Shown here in pieces: positions 30,912 to 41,152 of a DNA stretch of 64,000 bases. Within the stretch, counting starts at the first letter, position 1, and each line of letters begins with the position of its first letter. The notes under the pieces are model-generated. The model ran no database searches. It had not been told where the DNA came from and saw only the letters and a list, made by a program, of their open reading frames with translations. This DNA comes from Thermodesulfobacteriota bacterium (GTDB taxonomy: Bacteria > Desulfobacterota_D > UBA1144 > Nemesobacterales > UBA2774), in assembly GCA_965216785.1 (NCBI GenBank), contig OZ244197.1:2624001-2688000 (forward strand), given 5' to 3'. Made by a program: the position numbers and the translations under genes.

Positions 30912-31286
30912 TCAATTAAGAACGTTGTAACCCCTACCTCTCATACAGTTTCTGTAAATATCCTCATAACCTTTTTCCGAGTCGTATACACCCTTGGCTC
31001 CGCCCGCTACGCCTCCGATTACAGCTCCGTATGCAAGCCCCTTAACTGCGTCGCCCGCAATTGCGCCGATCAGCGCTCCGGTACCGGTTCCTACAGCTCC
31101 GCCCACTACCGTATCCTTTGCGGTGTCTTTCCAGCCGGGCGCTCCCTGCTTGGCTATGGCTCTGCATTCAGCCTGGTCCCTGTAATACCTGTCAGAGTTA
31201 TTAACACTCTGAGGGTCTACGACAGGCGTATAGGTCTGACATCCGAGAACTGCTAGGCTTAATACTAAAAATGCGATTATTTTCAA
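30912..31286 (-). CDS. glycine-zipper lipoprotein
   Basis: TTG start at 31286 behind GGAGG; VLGC lipobox; GGAVGTGTGALIGAIAG; YRNCMRGRGY. Confidence 0.8.
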   Translation of the reverse strand: MKIIAFLVLSLAVLGCQTYTPVVDPQSVNNSDRYYRDQAECRAIAKQGAPGWKDTAKDTVVGGAVGTGTGALIGAIAGDAVKGLAYGAVIGGVAGGAKGVYDSEKGYEDIYRNCMRGRGYNVLN

Positions 31287-31351
31287 TTTAATTTCCTCCG
31301 TATCGGTATTTTCTTTCGATAATAACAGTTTACTGACAGATAACTTCAATG

Positions 31352-32029
31352 CTACTGTTTTATCTCTTCCGCAACTTCAACGTGATCGCCACCTATAGCG
31401 TCTTTGAGCTCATAGCCGACAAGCGGCTCGTAATCCCCAAGCTCGTAATCCCGTATTGTCAGCTCACATTTACTAAGCCCGTTCTCGGCAAAACAGGAAT
31501 AGGACAAGTTTGTTCCGGCTATACCGTTCTTCCCGTCTTTCACGACTACAGAAGGAATGAGTCCGAAGTTATGCACATCAAAGCCGCCTTTTGCGTTCTT
31601 GGAAACACGGAACAGACCAATGAACTCGACTTCATTAGTGTCAAGCGGCGCGGCGTCGGGGTTCTCAACCGTAACCCTTCGCGCCTCTTCGTAAATAATA
31701 GCCGTGTTGCCAAGGTTATTTACCCTATCAAGGATATTCACCGTGATCTTTTGTATCATCCTACCGTCCTGAGTCTTAGTAATTACCCTCTGTACCGGCA
31801 CTTCAAAAGAGTTGCCACCTGAATTTATAGGCTGTCCGAATTTTCTTTCGGTTACTACCTGAATACCATTTTCCTCAACTGTCGTTGAAAGAGTTTTTCC
31901 CGCTAGCAGACTGTCATAGAGCTGCCTGAATTCCGCGGCGCTCATATCAGGCTCCGCAGCCTGAAGGCCCACAGCGCCCGCCATCATTAACGCTATAGCA
32001 AATATGCTTATTTTTATCTTGCTCATCAA
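31352..32029 (-). CDS. hypothetical secreted protein
   Basis: GGAGG RBS, signal peptide ending LQA, no recognised domain. Confidence 0.75.
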   Translation of the reverse strand: MMSKIKISIFAIALMMAGAVGLQAAEPDMSAAEFRQLYDSLLAGKTLSTTVEENGIQVVTERKFGQPINSGGNSFEVPVQRVITKTQDGRMIQKITVNILDRVNNLGNTAIIYEEARRVTVENPDAAPLDTNEVEFIGLFRVSKNAKGGFDVHNFGLIPSVVVKDGKNGIAGTNLSYSCFAENGLSKCELTIRDYELGDYEPLVGYELKDAIGGDHVEVAEEIKQ

Positions 32030-32151
32030 AACCTCCCTGTATGTAGTTTAACAACCTAAACTCTCACCATAATAACTATAATAATATACCAATTCAAGTA
32101 GACAGAAGGCCCTATTTCTTCGAAGGTAGCCCGTGGTGTATAATTACGCAC

Positions 32152-32670
32152 ATGAGCCAGGATCCGGAAGAAAGTAATAGTAGCACATCCGGTAGTGACA
32201 GCGAAAAAAGACAGTTTATTCTCCAGGTTGTACAGCCGGGGCTTGCCGGACTTATGGACGGTACGGTTTCATCGCTCGCCCCTCTTTTTGCCGCGGCGCT
32301 TGCGACGGAAGACAGCAGGACCGCGTTCCTTGTAGGGCTTGCTACGGCGGTCGGCGCGGGCATCAGCATGGCGTTTTCAGAAGCTCTCTCGGACGACGGT
32401 AAAATAAGCGGCCGCGGGAGCCCATGGCTCAGAGGGCTTGTAGAGGGCGGAATGACTTTTCTCGGCGCCATTGGCCACGCGCTGCCCTTTTTAATACCGC
32501 ATTTCTGGACAGCTTTTATTGTGGCGAGCGTCGTAGTAGGCATCGAGCTTGTCGCAATCGCTTATATTAGAAATAAATACATGGACACCCCATTTCTCAA
32601 GGCCGCGTTTCAGATAATAGTCGGGGGCGTCATAGTACTCGCCGCCGGAATCCTTATAGGCAAATCATAA
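32152..32670 (+). CDS. VIT1/CCC1 family protein resembling the membrane domain of MbfA
   Basis: VQPGLAGLMDGTVSSLAPLFAAA, GAGISMAFSEALSDDG. Confidence 0.88.
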   Translation: MSQDPEESNSSTSGSDSEKRQFILQVVQPGLAGLMDGTVSSLAPLFAAALATEDSRTAFLVGLATAVGAGISMAFSEALSDDGKISGRGSPWLRGLVEGGMTFLGAIGHALPFLIPHFWTAFIVASVVVGIELVAIAYIRNKYMDTPFLKAAFQIIVGGVIVLAAGILIGKS

Positions 32671-32847
32671 TATGCTTTAAGAATATATATACAAAGCATA
32701 ACACTATGTGCAATAGCGGAACTACATATAAGCTCAGAAATATTTCTATCTTAAATATGCTGAGAAATTGGTCTGGGTATGGATTTCAAATATAAAGAGT
32801 TTGTGACGGACCTGCGGGCGAAGATTTGATATTCCGATTCAGGTATC

Positions 32848-34902
32848 TCAGCTTGCCGATATCGCCCCTTCGTGCCTATGGAGCCTCTCGAGCACATAGC
32901 TAATCATTTTATCCCTCCTCACATAACCTTTAACGTATAGGTTTGAGAGATTGTCCACTACCGGGACCCATTTGAGATCGTGCTCTCTCATCGTAGCTGC
33001 TACAAGAGGGGGCGCATCGTTCTCTGTAACTACTACGGGAGAGCTTGTCATAAACTCACTCACCTTCATATGCGGCCTCGCTGTATGCTCGACGGCATTG
33101 AATATATCGGTGCGCGTAATAACCCCCTCGAGCTTATTCCCCTGATCTACAACACAGCAAAATTCAAGGTCTTCGCCTCCGAGAAGTTTAACAGCGTCTT
33201 CAAAGGTATCTTGAGGCGACAGAGTAACCGAAAGCGGACGGATAAAAGTGCTTAGATTTAAACCCTCCAGAATATTATAGGCAAGCGGCATCTTCTGCCA
33301 GATGTTCCCGGTGCGCCTCTTAATTGCATCAGCTAAAAAATCCTTAAAAGGAGCCAGTGTGCCGGATATCTGCTCAAATACTTTCCGCCCGATCACAGTT
33401 ACTTCAAGGTGTGTCTTAGCCCGGACGCTGGAGCTTCTTTCTCTATGCTCTAAAAGCGCCATCTCGCCAAAGAAGTCGCCTTTGCCCAATATTGCGATAA
33501 CTTCCTCATCTTCTCCCTCACCTGAATTCTTCAGGATTTCCACCTCACCTTCCTCAATGATATAAAAGTTATTCGAAGGGTCGCCTTTTTTAAATACATA
33601 ATCACCCGGTATGAAATGAGAGCGTGAGATCCTCTCAGTCTGTATCACTCTCGCGTAGGCCAGGTCGCGCGAGTAAAAAATCTCCCATGCCCAGTCAAAC
33701 CCCACTTTTACCCTGTGAGAGAGCTGAGGGAGCTTAAACAGATACACCGAGCGCCAGAGGAACCAGGCCATAAACCCGGATATTCGCATCCCCAGAAACT
33801 CTGCCACAGCGTTATGCCCCCCAATCGCGCAAAGCTGACCGAGCGGCCTAAAATAAAAGGGTTTTGTCTCCTCCCCACGCATCACCCTTACTATATTTTG
33901 AGCAGTCTGGCGGCCCTGCCGCTCCGCGAACTGCCCTGTAGGTGTACAAATACTTCCGTCATAACTGTTCGTAATCACTGAGCAGTCACCGACTGCCCAA
34001 ACGTTAGATTGTCCCCTCAGCCTCATGTCGGGCTCAGTAAGAAGCCTACCGCGCTCTTTTTCCACATCGAGCGCTTGAACCACTTTTACGGGCGCGTTCC
34101 CTACAGTGCTTACGACTGTCGCCCCTTCTATGGTAGCGCCGTCCGCGAAGCCCACACCGTCCTTCGTTACGTAAGACACTCTATGGTTTAGCACAATGTC
34201 GATCCCGGCTTTTTCCATTTTTTCCCTTGCAAAGTCCCTGAGACTGGAGCTTACCTCGGGGAGTATCTGGTCCCTTGAATGAATAAGTGTTACCTTGATG
34301 TCTTCTTCTGTGATGTTTTTGTAATATTTATGCGTGTCCCGTACCAGATCGTTTATTTCCCCGGCTACCTCAACTCCGCTGAATCCGCCCCCGACAATGA
34401 TAAAAGACATGTACCAGGGTCTTCGCGTCTTATCATCTGATATCTCAGCGTTTTCCATTTGCTGGATAATGTGATATCGAAGCGCTATTGCGTCCCCGAC
34501 CGTTTTAAGAGGGTAGGAATGATCTGCCATACCGGGTATCTGGCCCATATTTACATCTGAACCCGTCGCTATCACAAGATGATCATAGTCCATCCGTCCG
34601 ATAAGGCTCCGGTCACCCGAATATTCAACGTAATTGTTTTCAATATCTATTTTTGTAATATCCTCGGTCCTGCAATAAACACCCGGAAGCATTTGCCTTA
34701 AAGGGACCGAGATTGGCTCAGGGCTTATCGAAGCGCCCACGACTTCTGCAAGGAGCGGCTGAAAAACCATATAGTTCTCACTATTAAATAGAACTATCTG
34801 TGCTTCTTCACCCTTAAGCTTACGTCTAAGAGTAGCTGCGCACTTTACTCCCGCAAACCCGCCCCCCAGTATGATAATTCTCTTTTCAGGCCGATCAGTC
34901 AT
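32848..34902 (-). CDS. type II NADH:quinone oxidoreductase-like flavoprotein fused to cNMP-binding and paired CBS domains
   Basis: GGGFAG, FQPLL.EV, VGGGFSGVEVAGE, WAVGD; then FYIIEEGEV..GDFFGEMALL...RSSSVRA; then GVITRTDI, VSEFMT. Confidence 0.9.
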   Translation of the reverse strand: MTDRPEKRIIILGGGFAGVKCAATLRRKLKGEEAQIVLFNSENYMVFQPLLAEVVGASISPEPISVPLRQMLPGVYCRTEDITKIDIENNYVEYSGDRSLIGRMDYDHLVIATGSDVNMGQIPGMADHSYPLKTVGDAIALRYHIIQQMENAEISDDKTRRPWYMSFIIVGGGFSGVEVAGEINDLVRDTHKYYKNITEEDIKVTLIHSRDQILPEVSSSLRDFAREKMEKAGIDIVLNHRVSYVTKDGVGFADGATIEGATVVSTVGNAPVKVVQALDVEKERGRLLTEPDMRLRGQSNVWAVGDCSVITNSYDGSICTPTGQFAERQGRQTAQNIVRVMRGEETKPFYFRPLGQLCAIGGHNAVAEFLGMRISGFMAWFLWRSVYLFKLPQLSHRVKVGFDWAWEIFYSRDLAYARVIQTERISRSHFIPGDYVFKKGDPSNNFYIIEEGEVEILKNSGEGEDEEVIAILGKGDFFGEMALLEHRERSSSVRAKTHLEVTVIGRKVFEQISGTLAPFKDFLADAIKRRTGNIWQKMPLAYNILEGLNLSTFIRPLSVTLSPQDTFEDAVKLLGGEDLEFCCVVDQGNKLEGVITRTDIFNAVEHTARPHMKVSEFMTSSPVVVTENDAPPLVAATMREHDLKWVPVVDNLSNLYVKGYVRRDKMISYVLERLHRHEGAISAS

Positions 34903-34950
34903 ATGAATCGCTCCATCCCTTTAGCATACTACAGTGATATAAGTCTGTTG

Positions 34951-35364
34951 TTAAGAACCTACCTCGGCTGCTCCAGCGCTAAATAGTTTCTTTATGTTCC
35001 ACTCGCCGGGGCCCGTTATCGCCAGAGCGGCAAACACAATCATATATAAAAGCGCTTTTTCCCACTTCGCAAACGGGTCACCGTTTATCATAAGATGTAT
35101 TACGAAGGCCGCGATAAACATATTTACCGCCGCTATGAATGCCGAGATTCTGGTAAATAATCCTGCTATAATCAGCAAGGGAAAAACGGTCTCAGCCGAT
35201 ATTGCCATATAACCCGAGATAAGCGGCATAGGTATTCCCACATTTGCCACATGCTGTATGAAAGGGGAAGGGTTCAGAAGCTTCGGAAGCCCGTGGGCAA
35301 TAATCATAATAGCGCTCACTGAGACTCTTAATACCAATAGTCCCGCATTGTAACTAATATTCAT
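34951..35364 (-). CDS. DoxX family membrane protein
   Basis: LLVLRV, HGLPKL, GLFTR.SA, GPGEW. Confidence 0.88.
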   Translation of the reverse strand: MNISYNAGLLVLRVSVSAIMIIAHGLPKLLNPSPFIQHVANVGIPMPLISGYMAISAETVFPLLIIAGLFTRISAFIAAVNMFIAAFVIHLMINGDPFAKWEKALLYMIVFAALAITGPGEWNIKKLFSAGAAEVGS

Positions 35365-35395
35365 TCTAATTCCTCCAGTTCAGTGTAAGTGATGT

Positions 35396-36259
35396 TCAAT
35401 AATTTCCAATAGGTATGCTTAGCGTGACTCCGGAGCGTTTTCCGTCAGTATCTTTAAAAACAATCAGAGTTTCTAAGTTTGAATCTTGTATATCCCGGCC
35501 TGAAAGCGCCCGGACTTCGAGCTTAATATCTGTTCTTCCTTTTCCCCCTGTATCATCGATAGTAACATTTCCGACCGAGAACTCATCACCATCAGCAGGG
35601 TAGAGCTCTATATCGCTCAAAGATTTCTCGTAACTAAGGGAAATGTGAATAATTTCCGAGACCCCGTTTTTTCCCGCGCTGCGAATATCTACTTTAAACG
35701 GGCTGTTCTTATCCGATGCTACAAGAGGGAGCGTACTTTTCCACTCCGAGAAAAGGGCTGTATTCGCACGCTCTTGCCCTTCCGATACAGGAAGACTCTG
35801 TTTAATCTCCGCTTTACCCGGTATGCATATCTCCTCACAGCTTACCCACGACACCTCTGCCGCTAAATCTATCATTGAGCCCGTCTTTAAACCCTCGGGC
35901 ACATTCACATTCGAAAACAGGAGTAGAGAACCCTCATAACCATAGTCAGTTATATCACCCGCCCCGGTAAACTCCTGAGGCAGCGGCCAGTTCAGATCAT
36001 CTGCGGCAAACCCCTCCGGCAGTTTGAAGCGAACCTTTGTCGGAAGCCCCGTATCCCCCGAGTTCTTCCAGTAAATATGCCAGTGTGGAATAATCTCAAA
36101 CAAAACTCCTGCTTTAAAAGGCTTTCCCGGTACAATCGCGTTTACGTCCGTAACGAGGCTTACCTTTACCGGGGACGGAACTTCTTCAGCTTCAGAAGCT
36201 TTAAGAGCAAACAAGAAAGCGGAAGTCAGCACTAAAATGGCAAATAGTATAGTTCTCAA
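35396..36259 (-). CDS. secreted DsbD-N-like thiol:disulfide interchange domain protein (start uncertain; TTG 36259 chosen)
   Basis: WHIYWKNSGDTGLPT, WPLP, YGYE, WVSCEEICIPG. Confidence 0.82.
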   Translation of the reverse strand: MRTILFAILVLTSAFLFALKASEAEEVPSPVKVSLVTDVNAIVPGKPFKAGVLFEIIPHWHIYWKNSGDTGLPTKVRFKLPEGFAADDLNWPLPQEFTGAGDITDYGYEGSLLLFSNVNVPEGLKTGSMIDLAAEVSWVSCEEICIPGKAEIKQSLPVSEGQERANTALFSEWKSTLPLVASDKNSPFKVDIRSAGKNGVSEIIHISLSYEKSLSDIELYPADGDEFSVGNVTIDDTGGKGRTDIKLEVRALSGRDIQDSNLETLIVFKDTDGKRSGVTLSIPIGNY

Positions 36260-36330
36260 AGATTTACACCGTTTCTCAATATCAAGGTACTTAAAATATA
36301 CGGCACACCAGGCTGGATAAAAGGGAAATA

Positions 36331-36801
36331 TCATCCGTACCAATTCTCAGTCGGCACTTTCACTGCCAGCACTTCACCTTTGGCACATAATTTTTCATTT
36401 GAAAAAAGCTCGCAAGTAACTGTGATCTTTCTGCCGTCTCTCTTAAGAATCTTTGCCTTTAAATTAACGGCCTCGGAAGTTGGGACGGGCCTTAAATAAT
36501 CTATTTTCATAGACCCTGTAACACACCATAGAAGCGGCTCCGTATCAAGCGCTCTTCCCTCCTCTCTGTAGCAGTCAGCGATGGCAGTGCAGATCGAATG
36601 GCAGTCTATGATTGTGGCTATTATACCGCCGTTTAAATACCCGTCAGGTCCCGCCTTAAAATGCTCCGGTGGGTTCCACTTACAGACAGTTGCCCCCTTT
36701 TCAGACCAACGGCTTTTAATTTGCAGCCCGTGCGGGTTATGCGCTCCGCAGCCCCAGCAGTCGTTATGTTCCCAGTAATCCTGAAAAGCTTTTTCGCTCA
36801 A
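36331..36801 (-). CDS. PaaI/hotdog-fold thioesterase
   Basis: CWGCG..NPHGLQI, LNGGIIATIIDCHS, IDYLRPVP. Confidence 0.88.
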   Translation of the reverse strand: MSEKAFQDYWEHNDCWGCGAHNPHGLQIKSRWSEKGATVCKWNPPEHFKAGPDGYLNGGIIATIIDCHSICTAIADCYREEGRALDTEPLLWCVTGSMKIDYLRPVPTSEAVNLKAKILKRDGRKITVTCELFSNEKLCAKGEVLAVKVPTENWYG

Positions 36802-36830
36802 CTGATCATCTCCTTCGTATAATATTTAAG

Positions 36831-37922
36831 CTAAGAATCCTGAACCGCGCGTCCGCCTTTAATTTGAAACTCTTTCATATCTCCCTCGAACACAACCTCT
36901 TTTTTACTCGGAGTCGTAATAAAGACCTGTCCTGTAAAATCTTTAAGCAATCTGAATATGAATTTTTTTCTTCTCTCATCAAGCTCACTCGTTACGTCGT
37001 CAAGCAGGAGCACGGGAGTTTTCCCTAACGTTTCTTTTATTAGCCCTATCTCTGAAGCCTTGAGCGCAAACGCCAGGTTTTTAGCCTCTCCCTGTGAGGC
37101 AAAAGATGAGGCGTCATTCCCCGCAACTTGAAAGGTAATCGAATCCCTGTGCGGCCCGGCTGTAGTGTGACCACGCTTTTTGTCCTTTTCGAAACTAGAC
37201 TCTAACTCTCTCAATAAACCTCGGGCTGGGTCTTTTCCGGCATCAAAAGAGCAAGTGTATATTATATCTATCTCAGCATCTATCCCAGAAGAGAGCTTAT
37301 ATAACTTATTCAATCTGGGTCTGAGCTTTTTTACATATTCTTTTCTTTTAAGGGCTATCTTACCCCCGGTCTCAGCAAGTTTTTCATCCCATACTTCAAG
37401 GTTGCCCGGGCTCAGCCTGTGCGATTTGGAAAGTACTGCGTTACGCTGCGTAAGCGCGCGGTGATACTGCTTTAGGCCCTGCAGGTACTCGGGCTCAAGC
37501 GCTGATATCAGGGCATCCAGGTAACGCCTCCTATTCTGCGGGCTCCCTTTTACAAGCTCGATGTCCGAGGGCAGGAAGGACACCACCTGGTATCTCCCAT
37601 GAACACTTGATGCCCTATAGACTATCTTGCCATTGAGCCTTATAGTCCTTTTCTCTCCTCCGATATAAATATGCACCTCGTCGAGACCGCCGGAGGACTC
37701 GATTTCACCCTTAATCCTGCACTCCTTTTCAGAGAAAGTAATAAGCTCATCGTGCTTCACCTGCTTAAATGGCTTAAACGTAAGGAGAAAATGCACCGCC
37801 TCGAGCAAGTTTGTCTTGCCCTGGGCATTAGCGCCGTGTATCAGGTTCACGTGCTCGCCGAATGTGAACGTCTCGGCCCTGTATGAGCGGAAATTCTTCA
37901 GTGTAAGAGATTTAAGTATCAC
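36831..37922 (-). CDS. recF: DNA replication and repair protein RecF
   Basis: NFRSY, GANAQGKTNLLEA, GSP..RRRYLD, GPHRD, ASQGE, LLLDDVTSELD; start moved to GTG 37922. Confidence 0.95.
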   Translation of the reverse strand: MILKSLTLKNFRSYRAETFTFGEHVNLIHGANAQGKTNLLEAVHFLLTFKPFKQVKHDELITFSEKECRIKGEIESSGGLDEVHIYIGGEKRTIRLNGKIVYRASSVHGRYQVVSFLPSDIELVKGSPQNRRRYLDALISALEPEYLQGLKQYHRALTQRNAVLSKSHRLSPGNLEVWDEKLAETGGKIALKRKEYVKKLRPRLNKLYKLSSGIDAEIDIIYTCSFDAGKDPARGLLRELESSFEKDKKRGHTTAGPHRDSITFQVAGNDASSFASQGEAKNLAFALKASEIGLIKETLGKTPVLLLDDVTSELDERRKKFIFRLLKDFTGQVFITTPSKKEVVFEGDMKEFQIKGGRAVQDS

Positions 37923-38089
37923 GGGTTTGCTTTCATCCAGGCTGCTTTGGGAAATTATAATAAAGATAAGCTCTATTATCAATGAAGACGCCGGTAGAGC
38001 CTTCTCGATCAGGCTCACAGAAACCTTTAGAATACGAAAATATTCTTGACCCTCAAATGCTCGAACGGTATTATCTTTTCAGGGTTACG

Positions 38090-40240
38090 ATGATAGCGCT
38101 AAAGATAAAAGAGATAGCGAAAAAAGACTCCGGGAAAGGGTTTGCCCGCTTAAATCCGGACGATATGCACGAGATCGGTGTAGACGCTTGGGACCTTGTA
38201 GAAATCGGCGGCAAAAGAAAGACCATAGTCAGGGTGATGCCGCTTGAAAAGTCTCTTCGACATAAATCGGTTATACAAATAGACCCCATCACCAGAGAAA
38301 ACGCCAGAGTCGATATAGACGAGCATGTGTTCGTGAAGAAAATCGAATCAAAATCGGCGACCAAGGTCGTCTTATCCCCTAAGAATAACGAACTTCTTTA
38401 TAACGGCAACGAAACTAAATACCTCCTCGACCGCCTTGACGGTTATCCCGTAACACTGGGAGATAGAATAAGGCTCAAACTCCCGGGTACGGGAGAAGAG
38501 GAGTTCAACGTATCAGGAATTATCCCTTCAAACTCTGTAATAATAAGGGCTTCCACAAAGATAGACATAAGAAGACGGTCCAAGGAAAAATTCGACAGCT
38601 CAAGAGTAAGCTATGACGACGTAGGCGGGCTCCAGGAGCAGATTACGAAAGTAAGAGAGATCGTAGAGCTTCCCTTAAGATACCCTCAGCTTTTTAACAA
38701 GCTCGGAATAGATCCCCCTCGGGGCATCCTGCTTGTCGGACCTCCGGGCACCGGCAAGACGCTTCTGGCCAAGGCCGTAGCCTATGAAACAAACGCCAAC
38801 TTCCAGGTAATAAACGGTCCCGAGATAATGCACAAGTTCTACGGGGAGAGTGAGGCCAGGCTGAGAGATCTGTTCGAGATTGCCGCCAGAAACCAGCCCT
38901 CGATCATATTTCTTGACGAGCTCGACGCGATAGCTCCCAAGAGGGATAAAGTATCGGGAGACGTTGAGAAAAGAATAGTATCTCAGCTGCTTTCGCTAAT
39001 GGACGGACTCAAGCAAAGGGGCAATATAGTTGTAATAGGAGCAACCAACCTACCCTCCGCTCTTGACCCCGCTCTCAGAAGACCGGGCCGCTTCGACAGA
39101 GAGGTCAGCCTCGAGGTACCCGACAGAAACGGCAGGGCTAAAATATTCGAAGTCCATACGCGCGGAATGCCTCTATCACAGGACATCGACCTTGAAAGAC
39201 TTGCAGACCTCACACACGGGTACGTAGGAGCGGACATTGAGAACCTTTGCAGGGAGGCGGCAATGAAATCACTAAGACGCTCCCTTCCCGATTATGACGA
39301 GAACGATCCCGATTCGATGGACACAAAGAACATCGTGCCCGTTTCCGTAGAGACCTCAGACTTCATGGACGCCCTAAAAGATGTAGAGCCTTCAGCCATA
39401 AGAGAGATTTTCGTTGAGATATCAAAAGTCACATGGGACGATATCGGAGGGCTTAAAGATACCAAGGAAAAACTGCTCGAAGCCGTAATCTGGCCTTTTA
39501 AGCATAAAGACCTATTTGAAATAATTGACGCCAAAGCGCCCAAAGGGATACTCCTTTGCGGTCCTCCCGGAACCGGGAAAACACTGCTTGCCAAAGCGCT
39601 GGCCAACCAAAGCGGCGCTAATTTTATCTCTGTAAAAGGGGCCGAGATACTCTCAAAATACGTTGGAGAGTCAGAGCACGCGGTGAGAGAAGTATTCAAA
39701 AAAGCAAAGCAAGTAGCTCCCTGCATCGTGTTTTTCGACGAGATTGACGCGCTTGCTCCGTGCCGCAGAGAAACAGACGGCACTAGGGTTTCGGAAAGAG
39801 TGGTAAGCCAGCTCCTTACCGAAATGGACGGTGTAGAAGACCTTAGAGAGGTACTCATACTGGCCGCTACTAACAGGGTTGACATTGTGGACCCTGCGCT
39901 TCTGCGCTCAGGGCGCTTCGACCTTATTCTGAATATCCCCTACCCCGATGAGACTGAGCTCATGGAGATACTCAACATTCACACCCGCGGAAAACCCATA
40001 GCGGACGACGTAAAGCTAAAGGAGATAGCGCATAAGACCAAAGGGCTATCGGGGGCCGATGTTGAGCTTCTATGCCAAAGGGCTTCGATGCTCGCGATTA
40101 GAGAGCATTTAAAAGACAGAAGAAAAAAGCTTAAAATCTCAGAGCGCAATTTCTCAGACGCTCTGAGCGAAATAAGGAAAAAAGTCATCGGCAACTACGG
40201 AGACTTCCAAAAGGAGCACCCCGGTCAGTACCGTGCCTAA
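38090..40240 (+). CDS. CDC48/p97/VAT family double-AAA ATPase
   Basis: CDC48 N domain; [15 protein letters not shown] twice, FLDELD and [19 protein letters not shown]; TTGACC-17-TATTAT at 38046-38074 supports the 38090 start. Confidence 0.93.
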   Translation: MIALKIKEIAKKDSGKGFARLNPDDMHEIGVDAWDLVEIGGKRKTIVRVMPLEKSLRHKSVIQIDPITRENARVDIDEHVFVKKIESKSATKVVLSPKNNELLYNGNETKYLLDRLDGYPVTLGDRIRLKLPGTGEEEFNVSGIIPSNSVIIRASTKIDIRRRSKEKFDSSRVSYDDVGGLQEQITKVREIVELPLRYPQLFNKLGIDPPRGILLVGPPGTGKTLLAKAVAYETNANFQVINGPEIMHKFYGESEARLRDLFEIAARNQPSIIFLDELDAIAPKRDKVSGDVEKRIVSQLLSLMDGLKQRGNIVVIGATNLPSALDPALRRPGRFDREVSLEVPDRNGRAKIFEVHTRGMPLSQDIDLERLADLTHGYVGADIENLCREAAMKSLRRSLPDYDENDPDSMDTKNIVPVSVETSDFMDALKDVEPSAIREIFVEISKVTWDDIGGLKDTKEKLLEAVIWPFKHKDLFEIIDAKAPKGILLCGPPGTGKTLLAKALANQSGANFISVKGAEILSKYVGESEHAVREVFKKAKQVAPCIVFFDEIDALAPCRRETDGTRVSERVVSQLLTEMDGVEDLREVLILAATNRVDIVDPALLRSGRFDLILNIPYPDETELMEILNIHTRGKPIADDVKLKEIAHKTKGLSGADVELLCQRASMLAIREHLKDRRKKLKISERNFSDALSEIRKKVIGNYGDFQKEHPGQYRA

Positions 40241-41063
40241 CGAAATAGCGCTTTACGTTATCTCATTCCTACTTGGCACTGTGCTTGGGAGTTTCCTGAA
40301 CGTCTGTATCTACAGGATTCCAAGAGAAGAGTCGATAGCATTCCCGCCTTCCCACTGCCCGCAGTGCGGACATAAAATAAAGTTCTATAACAACATTCCC
40401 ATACTAAGCTACTTACTGCTTGCAGGTAAATGCGCGGACTGTAAGTCAGGCATATCTGCTGTCTATCCGTTTGTAGAGGTTCTATCGGGCCTGCTTCTAC
40501 TATTAACCGTATATACATTTGGTCTTACGCTTCATACGCTCTTTTACGCCGTATTTATTTTTGCCCTTCTGGTAATCACGTTTATTGATCTTGAGCACAT
40601 GATTATCCCCAATATCATAAGTCTCCCCGGCATTATCGTAGGACTTATATTTAACGCGCTCATAACGGATTGGCCCCACAGCCGTGAGCTGATCGAAGGG
40701 GCCTCTATGAGCCTCGGAGGCTTTTTCAGTCTGCTTAACGATGTGCCGTTCCTTGATTCCGTATTCGGAGCCGTTCTCGGAGGAGGCGTGCTGCTGCTTA
40801 TCGCCTTTCTTTACGAGGTAATACGTAAAAGGGAAGGCATGGGCATGGGCGACGTAAAGCTGCTTGCAATGATAGGCGCCTTCATAGGCGTACAGGGAGT
40901 AGTATTCGTCATATTGATTAGCTCAGTTCTGGGCACTGTAGTCGGTATATCTGTAATACTCTATAAGAGGGGCGATCTTAGATACGCCCTTCCCTTCGGC
41001 CCTTTTCTCTCCATAGCCTCTGTGATTTACGTATTCACCGGCGGCTTTAGCCTTCAAATCTAA
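40233..41063 (+). CDS. pilD: prepilin peptidase/N-methyltransferase (A24)
   Basis: GSFLNVCIYRIP, SHCPQC, GKCADC, FIDLEH, GMGMGDVKL, PFGPFL. Confidence 0.94.
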   Translation: MPNEIALYVISFLLGTVLGSFLNVCIYRIPREESIAFPPSHCPQCGHKIKFYNNIPILSYLLLAGKCADCKSGISAVYPFVEVLSGLLLLLTVYTFGLTLHTLFYAVFIFALLVITFIDLEHMIIPNIISLPGIIVGLIFNALITDWPHSRELIEGASMSLGGFFSLLNDVPFLDSVFGAVLGGGVLLLIAFLYEVIRKREGMGMGDVKLLAMIGAFIGVQGVVFVILISSVLGTVVGISVILYKRGDLRYALPFGPFLSIASVIYVFTGGFSLQI

Positions 41064-41152
41064 TTAACACCCGGCGCGCAAACTGCACTATAATTAATAA
41101 TGCAAAGAGAACGCGCACTTACAACTGCGCAAAAAAGGCAGCTTCAAATAAA

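Noticed and set aside
37923-38089. Apparent head-to-head overlap of recF and CDC48 ORFs
   Set aside because: Caused by over-extended starts; likely starts are 37922 and 38090 with a promoter region between.
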